A DNA stretch of 64,000 nt from an uncultured Pseudomonadales bacterium (GTDB lineage Bacteria > Patescibacteriota > Microgenomatia > UBA1400 > PJMF01), in NCBI GenBank assembly GCA_964556485.1, contig CAZKVV010000001.1, positions 148,551-212,550 on the forward strand. The letters are read 5' to 3'. The notes below the pieces were generated by a model. That model worked only from the letters and a program-made list of their open reading frames with translations, was not told where the DNA came from and searched no databases. This document shows positions 56,000 through 64,000 of the stretch, in pieces. The position numbers were made by a program, and so were the translations under genes. How positions within the stretch are numbered: the stretch's first letter is position 1; every line of letters starts with the position of its first letter.

Positions 56000-57031
56000 A
56001 TGTTTTCGTACTTCAAAAACCGCCACTCTGTTACCATAGATCCGCTCTCGTTTTTATTTTTATCGATGATGGTGCTCGTTGCCTATTTTTTGTTTCTGAT
56101 CACCGACATTTTAATACTACTTTTTATGTCGTTTATCCTAATGGTTGCAATCAATCCCATTGTTTCATTTTTCCAACGAAAAGTTGGAATGCCGAGAATC
56201 ATTGCTATTGTATCGGCTTACCTTACTTTGGTTAGTTGTGTTGTCTTGTTCATTGGTTTGGTTGTTCCACCTTTAACGCAACAGTTTATTGGTTTTGTGC
56301 AAAAACTATCATTACCAGGCCTCAATGGCTACTTCAAAGACATTAACTTTACATTACAAGAAGTGAGCGCTTTAGTTGGCAGAGTGGGAGAATCAGCCTC
56401 AATGGTTGCTGCTGCTATTACTTCTGCATTCAGTAGTGTTTTTACGTTTGTAACATTATTTGTTTTATCATTTTATTTTATGCTCGAGCGGGAAAAATTA
56501 CACACTAAAGTTGGTTGGTTTACAAAAGATAAAAATGTTTTTTTGTTGTTTGAAAAATTTCTTGCAGATGCTGAAGTGCAACTGGGTGGTTGGGTAAGGG
56601 CTCAAATTTTATTAATGCTTGTAATCGGAGTCGTCACCTTCATTGGACTGTCTTTGTTGCAAATACCTTATGCACTCGCACTTGCACTTGTTGCAGGTTT
56701 GCTTGAAGTTTTACCCAATCTTGGTCCACTCATTGCCGCTGTACCCGCAATAATTATTGCATATGTCACCTTTGGTCCAATCAGTGCGGGAATAGTGTTG
56801 CTTTTTTATATTATAGTTCAACAGCTCGAAAATAATATTCTTGTGCCTAAAATCATTGCTGCAAGCGCAAATGTGAGTCCGCTCATATCTATAGTTGTTA
56901 TTCTCATTGGTCTTAAGTTGGGCGGAGTGATTGGTGCACTTTTGGCTGTTCCAATTTATATTATTTTTAGACTTACTTACTCGACTTTTGTAATGCACAA
57001 CATTACTAATACACCGGAGCAGGATAGATAG
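56000..57031 (+). CDS. AI-2E family transporter
   Basis: Multi-TM; P.LGP, QQLENNILVPKI and GALLAVP. Confidence 0.88.
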   Translation: MFSYFKNRHSVTIDPLSFLFLSMMVLVAYFLFLITDILILLFMSFILMVAINPIVSFFQRKVGMPRIIAIVSAYLTLVSCVVLFIGLVVPPLTQQFIGFVQKLSLPGLNGYFKDINFTLQEVSALVGRVGESASMVAAAITSAFSSVFTFVTLFVLSFYFMLEREKLHTKVGWFTKDKNVFLLFEKFLADAEVQLGGWVRAQILLMLVIGVVTFIGLSLLQIPYALALALVAGLLEVLPNLGPLIAAVPAIIIAYVTFGPISAGIVLLFYIIVQQLENNILVPKIIAASANVSPLISIVVILIGLKLGGVIGALLAVPIYIIFRLTYSTFVMHNITNTPEQDR

Positions 57032-57065
57032 AGCTTCGCTTGCTTGTCTGCTGTATACTATTAAA

Positions 57066-57412
57066 GCTGCAAAGATCGGATAGTGGCCGTAAACCTTTTG
57101 GTTTATGGAGGAAAGTCCGGACAGCTGAATAGAGGGTGCCACATGGAGTTCAAGTAATTGAAGTAAGTGTGGGACTTGGCTAGCAATAGCTAAGGACAGT
57201 TAGAGCAACAGTGACGAATCGGGTAGCGCCGAGTGAAACGACCAAGCGGTGTGCCAAGGCTTGCAAGGGTCTTGGAGCGGCAATCCTCCCTGCTGCAACT
57301 GGCGAGCTTCACCATTGGACCTATTCCCGAGCTCTGCAAGGAGCTGGTGATAATGCCCCAGGCATAGATAGATCACTATCAAATACAGAATCCGGCTTAT
57401 GATCTTTGCAGC
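57066..57412 (+). ncRNA. rnpB: RNase P RNA
   Basis: Conserved GAGGAAAGTCC and ACAGAATCCGGCTTAT; terminal P1 pairing GCTGCAAAGATC/GATCTTTGCAGC. Confidence 0.93.
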
Positions 57413-57500
57413 GCTGTGGCTTAGTCAAGAAATGCTTGCCTGGTGTTTCTCAAGTGAAAACATGATAGTATAGTTGTGATGGTAGTTCGTAATAAAAAAG

Positions 57501-58196
57501 GTGAACATGAACACTTCTCTCATGAATTCTAGCGCGCTTCTAGTTGAAGAAACAACCAAAACGATTGCTGACTTTTTGCCAGCCATTTTGGGAGCGTTAT
57601 TTTTATTGGTAGTTGGTGGCATTATTGCCAAAGCAGCTCGTGGGTTGGTAATTAAGCTCTTTGAGTCTCTCAACCTGAGCAAAGCAGTTAAAAAAACCCC
57701 GATTGAACATTTTTTAGAGAACGCAGAACTTGGTTCCAAGATTGAAGTGATTATTGGTAACGTAGCTTATTGGCTGATTATGTTGGTAGTGGTTCAGTCT
57801 GCAGTGTCTGTTTTGGGATTACATTCTCTGGTTCAACTGTTAGATAGAGTGCTAGGGTACTTGCCAAGAATTCTTGCAGCTATTTTTGTTTTATTCTTTG
57901 GTGTGTTATTGGCAGGTTTGGTAGAGGCACTTATAAAAGGTGCGCTCAAAACCATTGATGCCAGCAGCTCTCGCCTGTTTGGTAAAGTTGCAAGTTACTT
58001 AGTAGTCACCATTTCAGTTATGGCAGCTATCTCAGAATTAGGTATAGCTAATGAATTTATACTTATTTTATTTGTCGGCTTAGTTACCGCAATGTCATTA
58101 GGATTTGGATTAGCACTTGGTTTGGGTGGTAAAGATTTAATTCAAAAATTGCTTGATAAGTGGTATAAAAATTTACAAAAACAGGTTACTGAATAA
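57501..58196 (+). CDS. TM-helix-repeat (CmpX/MscS-associated) membrane protein
   Basis: Two [FY]LP.IL.A repeats and ALGLGGKD; start could be 57507. Confidence 0.8.
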   Translation: MNMNTSLMNSSALLVEETTKTIADFLPAILGALFLLVVGGIIAKAARGLVIKLFESLNLSKAVKKTPIEHFLENAELGSKIEVIIGNVAYWLIMLVVVQSAVSVLGLHSLVQLLDRVLGYLPRILAAIFVLFFGVLLAGLVEALIKGALKTIDASSSRLFGKVASYLVVTISVMAAISELGIANEFILILFVGLVTAMSLGFGLALGLGGKDLIQKLLDKWYKNLQKQVTE

Positions 58197-58206
58197 CCGA
58201 TCTTCG

Positions 58207-58836
58207 CTACTCTTTCCCAAAGTGAGCTACAACAATGCATTTGTATTCTGGGTCCTCGATGCTGTCGCAGTCGATTGCAATTCCCACATCTGTGTACAGA
58301 GGATGTAGCATTTCTTTGTTGTGCGTTTCACTCTCTTTCCATGCAGTAAAAATATCCCACTCCGAGCCGATATTAAAGGCAAGGTTTTCACCTGCAATTG
58401 AGTAGTGGTAGCCAGCTAATTGTATAAACTCCCAAGTTGTTTGCTTATTTTCATCCTCGTGCTGATAATACCCTTTTGAGATCATATCGTTTAGTTTTAG
58501 TTGTGCGGAGGCAATCAGCTTTGGATGCAAGCGCACTTTGGGAATGTGATGTTCATCACGATGCGCATTAATGAGCAAAAATAGTTTTTCTATTGCGAGC
58601 AGTTGTTCATTTGTTGTTGCAGTAGCCCTTCCAAGAACTTCTGTTGTACTTGGTTGTGTTGTGACAGTTGCGGATGGTGATGCTAGTGGTGAAGGCATGC
58701 TCGTTTGAATTTTGGAAGTTAGATCGGTTGTTTTTGAAATAGACGCGGTCAAAAAGCCAAGAAACAGAATGATTGAGACTATTCCGAATGGGAGAAAGAA
58801 GAACAATGCACTGCGGACACGAAGTGAAAGCGCCAT
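58207..58836 (-). CDS. CAP (SCP) domain protein
   Basis: LINAHR, AGENLA, W..SETH and DVGI; N-terminal TM helix. Confidence 0.88.
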   Translation of the reverse strand: MALSLRVRSALFFFLPFGIVSIILFLGFLTASISKTTDLTSKIQTSMPSPLASPSATVTTQPSTTEVLGRATATTNEQLLAIEKLFLLINAHRDEHHIPKVRLHPKLIASAQLKLNDMISKGYYQHEDENKQTTWEFIQLAGYHYSIAGENLAFNIGSEWDIFTAWKESETHNKEMLHPLYTDVGIAIDCDSIEDPEYKCIVVAHFGKE

Positions 58837-58853
58837 ACTACTATTTTCTATTG

Positions 58854-60368
58854 TTAGAGCGATTGTATGCGATACTGTAGTGCTTCTGCAATGTGATCGG
58901 CAGAAATATGATCAGAATCATCAAGATCTGCAATTGTTTGGGCAGTGGCAATCGTTTTGTAGTAACTTCTAGCAGATAGCAACAGTTTTGTTGTGGCTTT
59001 TCCAAGTAGTATACGCGCCGAGGCTGTAAGTGAGCAAAATTGGTCAACTGTTTGGGAAGTAAGTGCAGCATTGCACGTGAGTTGTGTGTTTTGGTATCTT
59101 TTTTGTTGTTTTTGGTAGGCTAGTGACACTGCTCCAGCAGCTTGCTGGGTGGACATGCCGCTGTGTGCTTCTGGATGCTTGATGAGCGTGCTGCTTGGCA
59201 AGTCAAAAACTTTGACGCTTAAGTCCACTCTATCTAGCAATGGACCACTTATTTTTTTTCGGTATCGTTGCTTAACTGCCGGACTACAGGTGCATGGCTT
59301 TGTGAGGGAGTACGCTTGACCACAGGCACACGGATTGAGTGCCAGTATGACCGAGCAATGTGCTGGATAGGTAACACTACCTTGGGCGTTCGTAATCGTA
59401 ATTAAGCCACTTTCCAGTGGTTGGCGGAGGGTTTCTAATACTGATGCTTTAAATTCGGTACATTCATCGAGAAACAGTACTCCACAATGCGCAAGTGAAA
59501 TTTCACCAGGTTGCAAGAGTATACCACCGCCAACTAGACCTCGATTAGTAATGGTGTGATGCGGTGAGCGAAATGGTCTTTGAGTAATTAGCGAACCAGA
59601 AAGTTTGCCTGCAACAGAGTAAATCGTAGAAACGTCCCTACTCTCTTGCAACGTGAGTGGTGGGAGAAAGCCCTGCACTGCTTGTGCAAGTAAGGTTTTG
59701 CCCGATCCTGGTGAGCCAGAAAGCATGAGATTATGTCTTCCTGCAGCTGCAATGAGTGCGGCTCGTTTGGCAACTGACTGTCCTTGAATATGTTCTAGCA
59801 TCACCCCGTAAGCTAGTGATTGCGAAAGTGATGGAGCTGGTTTCCATACTGGTGGCAGTTGTGACTGACGATAATAAGAAAAAAGAGTTTGAATGTTTGC
59901 TACTGGGTATGCGCAAACCGCTAAACCATCTGGAATTTCCGTTCTGTTTTCATATGGTATAACTAGTGAAGTAAAACCTAATTGGGCTGCAGAAAGTGCC
60001 AGCGGCAGTACGCCTTTACAAGCTTTTAATTGACCGTCGAGCGACAGTTCACCCAAGAAAAGTGTTGTGGCACCATTTGGTATGTGCATCCCCTGTAGTT
60101 GTGCCAGACTTACGGCAATCGCTAATTCAAGGTTGCTACCTTTCTTGTGCAAATCTGCGGGCGCTAAGTTAACGACGGTTCGTTTGGTCTTAAGCCGAAT
60201 ACCACTATGAGTAAGCGAAGAGGTAATTCTTTCCCTTGATTCTTCGACCGACTTTGAAGCAAGTCCAATAAATACGAGAGTGGGTATTCCGGATGTAGTT
60301 TCAGTTTCAATCTGAATTTTGATGGGAGTAAGTCCTACCATAGTGGCGCTGAATGTACGAGAAACCAT
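58854..60368 (-). CDS. comM: YifB/ComM family Mg-chelatase-like AAA+ ATPase
   Basis: VNLAPADL.K.G, GSPGSGKT, RPFRSPHH, PGEISLAH.GVLFLDE and SGPLLDR. Confidence 0.92.
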   Translation of the reverse strand: MVSRTFSATMVGLTPIKIQIETETTSGIPTLVFIGLASKSVEESRERITSSLTHSGIRLKTKRTVVNLAPADLHKKGSNLELAIAVSLAQLQGMHIPNGATTLFLGELSLDGQLKACKGVLPLALSAAQLGFTSLVIPYENRTEIPDGLAVCAYPVANIQTLFSYYRQSQLPPVWKPAPSLSQSLAYGVMLEHIQGQSVAKRAALIAAAGRHNLMLSGSPGSGKTLLAQAVQGFLPPLTLQESRDVSTIYSVAGKLSGSLITQRPFRSPHHTITNRGLVGGGILLQPGEISLAHCGVLFLDECTEFKASVLETLRQPLESGLITITNAQGSVTYPAHCSVILALNPCACGQAYSLTKPCTCSPAVKQRYRKKISGPLLDRVDLSVKVFDLPSSTLIKHPEAHSGMSTQQAAGAVSLAYQKQQKRYQNTQLTCNAALTSQTVDQFCSLTASARILLGKATTKLLLSARSYYKTIATAQTIADLDDSDHISADHIAEALQYRIQSL

Positions 60369-60430
60369 TCGATAACTATAGCGTTAGTTTCTTACACCAA
60401 CTGTGATACTAGAATAGTTTTTGAACTGGG

Positions 60431-61474
60431 CTAGCCTACTTTGCTAACTTGCTCAACCAGGCGGTTGCAGTAACCCCATTCGTTGTCGTACCAGCTAATC
60501 ACCTTGAGGAGATTGCCTCCCACCACATTGGTGAGTGATAAGTCGACAATTGAGGATTCAGCTCTGCCCACGATGTCGGAGGAAACGACTGGATCATGAG
60601 TAACTGCGAGAATGCCTTGCCACTCACTTTTTTGGCTTTCTGCTTCGAGCATGGTATTTACTTCTTCAATAGTGATATCTCGGGAAGTGACCATAACAAT
60701 GTCAGAAAGTGAGCCAACAGGTGTTGGTACGCGAATAGCAAGTCCATCGAATTTATTCTTTAGTTCAGGAATAATTTCGGTTGTAGCAATCGCTGCTCCA
60801 GTGCTGGTAGGGATAATATTTTCAGCTGCACTGCGAGCTCTGCGCATATCTTTGTGTGAATTATCTTGCACATTTTGGTCGTCAGTATATGAGTGAATGG
60901 TGCTGAGTAAGGCTTTTTCAATTCCAAAGTGTTGTTGTACCAACTTTACGACTGGAGCCACGCAGTTTGTTGTACAGGAAGCATTAGAGAAGATGTGAAT
61001 GTTGGTATCAAAGGTATTCACTCCAAGGACGCTGGTACTTACATGACCACCAGTGGCTGGTGCACTAATAATGACATTTTTGGCACCGCCTACAAAATGT
61101 TGTGCTGCTTTTTCTTCAGTAGTAAAGACTCCAGTACTATCAATCACCGTGTTAACGCCAAATTTTCCCCAAGGAATGAGGGTTGGATTTTTTTGGGCAG
61201 TCACCACAATGGTTTTGTCTCCAACTTTAAGATTTCCTAAAATTGGATTGGCATCGGTAACATCTTTTTTTGATTGAATTCTCTCAACGGTAATGGACTC
61301 CGAAAAAACCCCATAGTTTGAGTCATACTTCAGCAAATGAGCCCACTGCTCAATTTCCATTGAGCCAGAAGTGTTGATTAGTTTTAAATCTGTTTGCTCT
61401 TGTAAGTTTTCCCACCAGACGCGGAAACTCGTTCTACCAATTCTGCCGAAGCCATTAATGCCAAACGTATTCAT
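60431..61474 (-). CDS. gap: Glyceraldehyde-3-phosphate dehydrogenase, type I
   Basis: GINGFGRIGR, SNASCTTNC and SWYDNEWGY. Confidence 0.97.
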   Translation of the reverse strand: MNTFGINGFGRIGRTSFRVWWENLQEQTDLKLINTSGSMEIEQWAHLLKYDSNYGVFSESITVERIQSKKDVTDANPILGNLKVGDKTIVVTAQKNPTLIPWGKFGVNTVIDSTGVFTTEEKAAQHFVGGAKNVIISAPATGGHVSTSVLGVNTFDTNIHIFSNASCTTNCVAPVVKLVQQHFGIEKALLSTIHSYTDDQNVQDNSHKDMRRARSAAENIIPTSTGAAIATTEIIPELKNKFDGLAIRVPTPVGSLSDIVMVTSRDITIEEVNTMLEAESQKSEWQGILAVTHDPVVSSDIVGRAESSIVDLSLTNVVGGNLLKVISWYDNEWGYCNRLVEQVSKVG

Positions 61475-61577
61475 ATGATCCTTTCAAATACAAACAAGTG
61501 CATGTAACGAGACGCACTCTCAGTATAGACTAGAATCATTTCGGGTAAAAGTAACGGTGTAAAGAGCGCCGTGAACG

Positions 61578-62318
61578 TTATGATAGTTGAGTCGTGACTT
61601 CGTTTGAAACGTAGGTGCCGATATCTTCGCCATCGACTGCTCGAATGAGATTCTCACCCTTGAAGAGCTCAAAGACCATTAGCGGCATGTCGTTTTCCTT
61701 TGACATAGCAAGGGCTGCAGTGTCCATAACTTGGACATCATCCATTTCAATCGCATCTTTAAAGCTAATGGTGCGGTAGCGTTTTGCATCAGGGAATTGT
61801 TCTGGATCTTTGTCAAATATGCCATCAACTTTGGTGGCTTTCATAAGCACGTCACATTGTAACTCGAGGGCATGAAGTGAGGCGCCTGTGTCGGTGGTTA
61901 CATATGGTACGCCGGTACCCGCTCCTAAAATTACCACTCTTCCCTTTTCCATATGGCGTATGGCTTTGCGGCGAACAAAACTTTCCGCGACAGCTGGCAT
62001 TTGTAAGGCAGATTGAAGGCGGGTTGGAACACCAACTTTCTCAAGAGCATCTTGCAATGCTAACCCGTTCATGACAGTTGCCATCATTCCGATGTAGTCT
62101 GCGGTTGCTCGATCAATACCATTTTTAGACCCTGCAACCCCTCGAAAAATATTGCCGCCGCCGATGACGACTGCAATTTCCACATGCTTTGTATATACCT
62201 GTTTGATTTTTTCAGCAACTTCTAATGCTGCTTTAGGATCAATGCCATATGGTCTGTCTCCCATTATCGATTCTCCGCCTACCTTGAGTAGAATTCTTTT
62301 AAATCGTGGTGCAGCCAT
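61578..62318 (-). CDS. pyrH: Uridylate kinase
   Basis: RILLKVGGE, GGGNIFRG, DYIGMMAT and TTDT. Confidence 0.96.
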   Translation of the reverse strand: MAAPRFKRILLKVGGESIMGDRPYGIDPKAALEVAEKIKQVYTKHVEIAVVIGGGNIFRGVAGSKNGIDRATADYIGMMATVMNGLALQDALEKVGVPTRLQSALQMPAVAESFVRRKAIRHMEKGRVVILGAGTGVPYVTTDTGASLHALELQCDVLMKATKVDGIFDKDPEQFPDAKRYRTISFKDAIEMDDVQVMDTAALAMSKENDMPLMVFELFKGENLIRAVDGEDIGTYVSNEVTTQLS

Positions 62319-62363
62319 ATCGGTTCCTTTCGAGCTAAAGCCAACGCATTTGCTGGCTACGTA

Positions 62364-63395
62364 TTATAAATGCAATTTTGCCTTTAGTCTAAGCCACTTC
62401 CAGCGTAGATCATCGGTCACTTTAAAAATGCCATACATGCTTGGGTTTGTGACAAGGTCATATGTTCCTAGGAATTCAACCAAATCACCACCATATCCTT
62501 TTTTGAAGCGATGAAAACCAAACCATGGATCACTTTGGTTTGGCTCTGGTCCGAGCGATCCCCACATGTCGAAAACATGGCAGCCTTGAGCCTTTCCAAA
62601 TCGAATCATTTCCCACATCAATAAGTTGCTGGCCATGACGTCTCTATGCTCACGACGACTCGCACCATATGGGTAGTACAAAACACCGTTATGAATAAAA
62701 AGAATCCAGGAAACCAGCACCTTTCCTTCATAAACGGCCGTAAAGATTCTCATTATCCCAGATGGAGCTAGATGATCAAACATCTTAGTGAAGTACTCAG
62801 TGTTGTGTGCATAGAAGCCCTGGCGTTTAGTTGTTTCTGCCAAGATATCTACATATTGTTGCATGCCTTCTTTTGTAGTATTCTCAAAAATTTGCACGCC
62901 TTTTTTGTGTGCGAGATTGACGTTGTATCGAGTTTTGCTTTCGAGTCTCTCAAATAATTCTTCTTCTGAATGATCAAGATTGAGTTGAAAGGTGTATTTG
63001 GTAAAGAGTGGCCTGCCAGCAACTGCGCCGTGTTTTTCTAGGAAATCAACGATATGACTATGGGCAGAAGGAGTACCAACTTTTTGAGCAATGTTGGGTT
63101 CAAGTTTAACAAACAATGCGTTTCTATTACTGGCCAGCTCTTTGAGTGCGGCAATTTGTTCATCGTCAGGCATATCGCCCTTGGGAAAGTAGCCAACATT
63201 TTGACCAAACACTGGTATTGGATGGAAGGTCACCTGCAATCCGCGCTGCAGTATGCCATTTTCAAAAAAACCAAGCCGATCGACAGTCACACCGGTTGTT
63301 TTACGAAACTCGCCCCATTCCCAGGTTTGCAAGGGATGACGGACGACAGTATTAAATGCTTCTTTTTCTTCTGGGCGAACTTCTCGTATCAACAT
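62364..63395 (-). CDS. FemABX family peptidyltransferase (lipid II:amino acid transferase)
   Basis: HPLQTWEWG.F, KTRYNV..A.KKGV, YYPYGAS and RFKKGYGG. Confidence 0.9.
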   Translation of the reverse strand: MLIREVRPEEKEAFNTVVRHPLQTWEWGEFRKTTGVTVDRLGFFENGILQRGLQVTFHPIPVFGQNVGYFPKGDMPDDEQIAALKELASNRNALFVKLEPNIAQKVGTPSAHSHIVDFLEKHGAVAGRPLFTKYTFQLNLDHSEEELFERLESKTRYNVNLAHKKGVQIFENTTKEGMQQYVDILAETTKRQGFYAHNTEYFTKMFDHLAPSGIMRIFTAVYEGKVLVSWILFIHNGVLYYPYGASRREHRDVMASNLLMWEMIRFGKAQGCHVFDMWGSLGPEPNQSDPWFGFHRFKKGYGGDLVEFLGTYDLVTNPSMYGIFKVTDDLRWKWLRLKAKLHL

Positions 63396-63426
63396 GGTGG
63401 CATCATTATAGGCAAAACAAGTAACT

Positions 63427-64000
63427 TTAGCTATCTATGAAACTATCAATATCAAATTCGCCTGAAAGTACACCTTCAGCCATGTCTTCATCAACTGGAA
63501 TATAACGGCGTTTGTCGCTATATGCAGGCGTTTTATTTTGTTGATAGCGAGGTTGATAATGACTTGATCCACCTCCTAAAAGTTCGAGTAGTTGTGGTGA
63601 GATATCACCAACAAAGCGACTACGAATGGCACCAGTTGTGGTGCCAAACTGGAATCGTGTCCGTGCGTGTGTGAGATAGAGTTTTGATTTGGCTCGAGTT
63701 ATTCCCACATAACAAAGTCGGCGTTCTTCTTCCATTTGATCGGGATCAAACAACGAGCGATTATGAGGTAATAATCCATCTTCCATTCCCACCATACACA
63801 CCACACTAAACTCTAAGCCCTTAGCTGCGTGGAAGCTCATCAGATTGACGGCATTGGTTTGTTCTTGCTGCCCATCCATGAGGTAATCATTTTGAATCAG
63901 GGCAACATTTTCCAAAAACTGATGCGGTGTTTGAAATTGAGCCGCAACGTTTAGCAACTCTTGGACGTTACTGGTTCGTTGTAAGTTTTCTTCAGAATCA
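63427..64000 (-). CDS. pcrA: UvrD/PcrA helicase, C-terminal part (runs off the window)
   Basis: LMSFHAAKGLEF, EEERRLCYVGITRA and SRF. Confidence 0.9.
   Translation of the reverse strand, partial: DSEENLQRTSNVQELLNVAAQFQTPHQFLENVALIQNDYLMDGQQEQTNAVNLMSFHAAKGLEFSVVCMVGMEDGLLPHNRSLFDPDQMEEERRLCYVGITRAKSKLYLTHARTRFQFGTTTGAIRSRFVGDISPQLLELLGGGSSHYQPRYQQNKTPAYSDKRRYIPVDEDMAEGVLSGEFDIDSFIDS

Noticed and set aside
57200-57402. Two ~60-aa ORFs
   Set aside because: They lie inside the RNase P RNA gene.
1-64000. CRISPR array, IS/transposase, prophage structural genes, rRNA, reverse transcriptase/DGR
   Set aside because: No regularly spaced repeats and no ORFs with the relevant motifs were seen by eye; the remaining short track ORFs overlap well-supported genes.

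Overview
Gene-dense chromosomal window of a bacterium using genetic code 11. It most likely belongs to Patescibacteria/CPR (Microgenomates-like). This is an inference from the DUF5660-type protein, the reduced trigger factor/YebC/PheT, the Ser-less ACP, the large type IV pilus locus and the many genes with no Shine-Dalgarno site. Housekeeping content: yebC, a Xer-type recombinase, gyrB-ppaC-gyrA, a ~22 kb type IV pilus/competence locus (pilB/T/C/D, six pilins, a PilX-like protein, pilMNO, a 1204-aa putative adhesin), rpsP, rnc, nusB, rpmF, recG, tyrS, a class A PBP, pheST, infC-rpmI-rplT, tig, miaAB, rnpB, comM, gap, pyrH, femX-like and a partial pcrA, plus three tRNAs (Ala-GGC, Val-GAC, Cys-GCA). 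Most notable observations: (1) three self-contained, foreign-looking gene cassettes separated by a conserved TTATAG-core motif between the Xer recombinase and tRNA-Ala, with inverted dif-like sites upstream of the recombinase; (2) an NDT-fold/ribbon-helix-helix pair flanking a nucleoside-phosphorylase-fold gene inside the pilus locus; (3) two CIRCE-like operators with identical arms, upstream of gyrB and the major pilin; (4) a Tyr-rich leader-peptide attenuator upstream of chorismate mutase and tyrS. The supplied ORF track gives the wrong strand for 23672..24208, which is on the minus strand. All calls come from reading the sequence by eye; no database searches were run.
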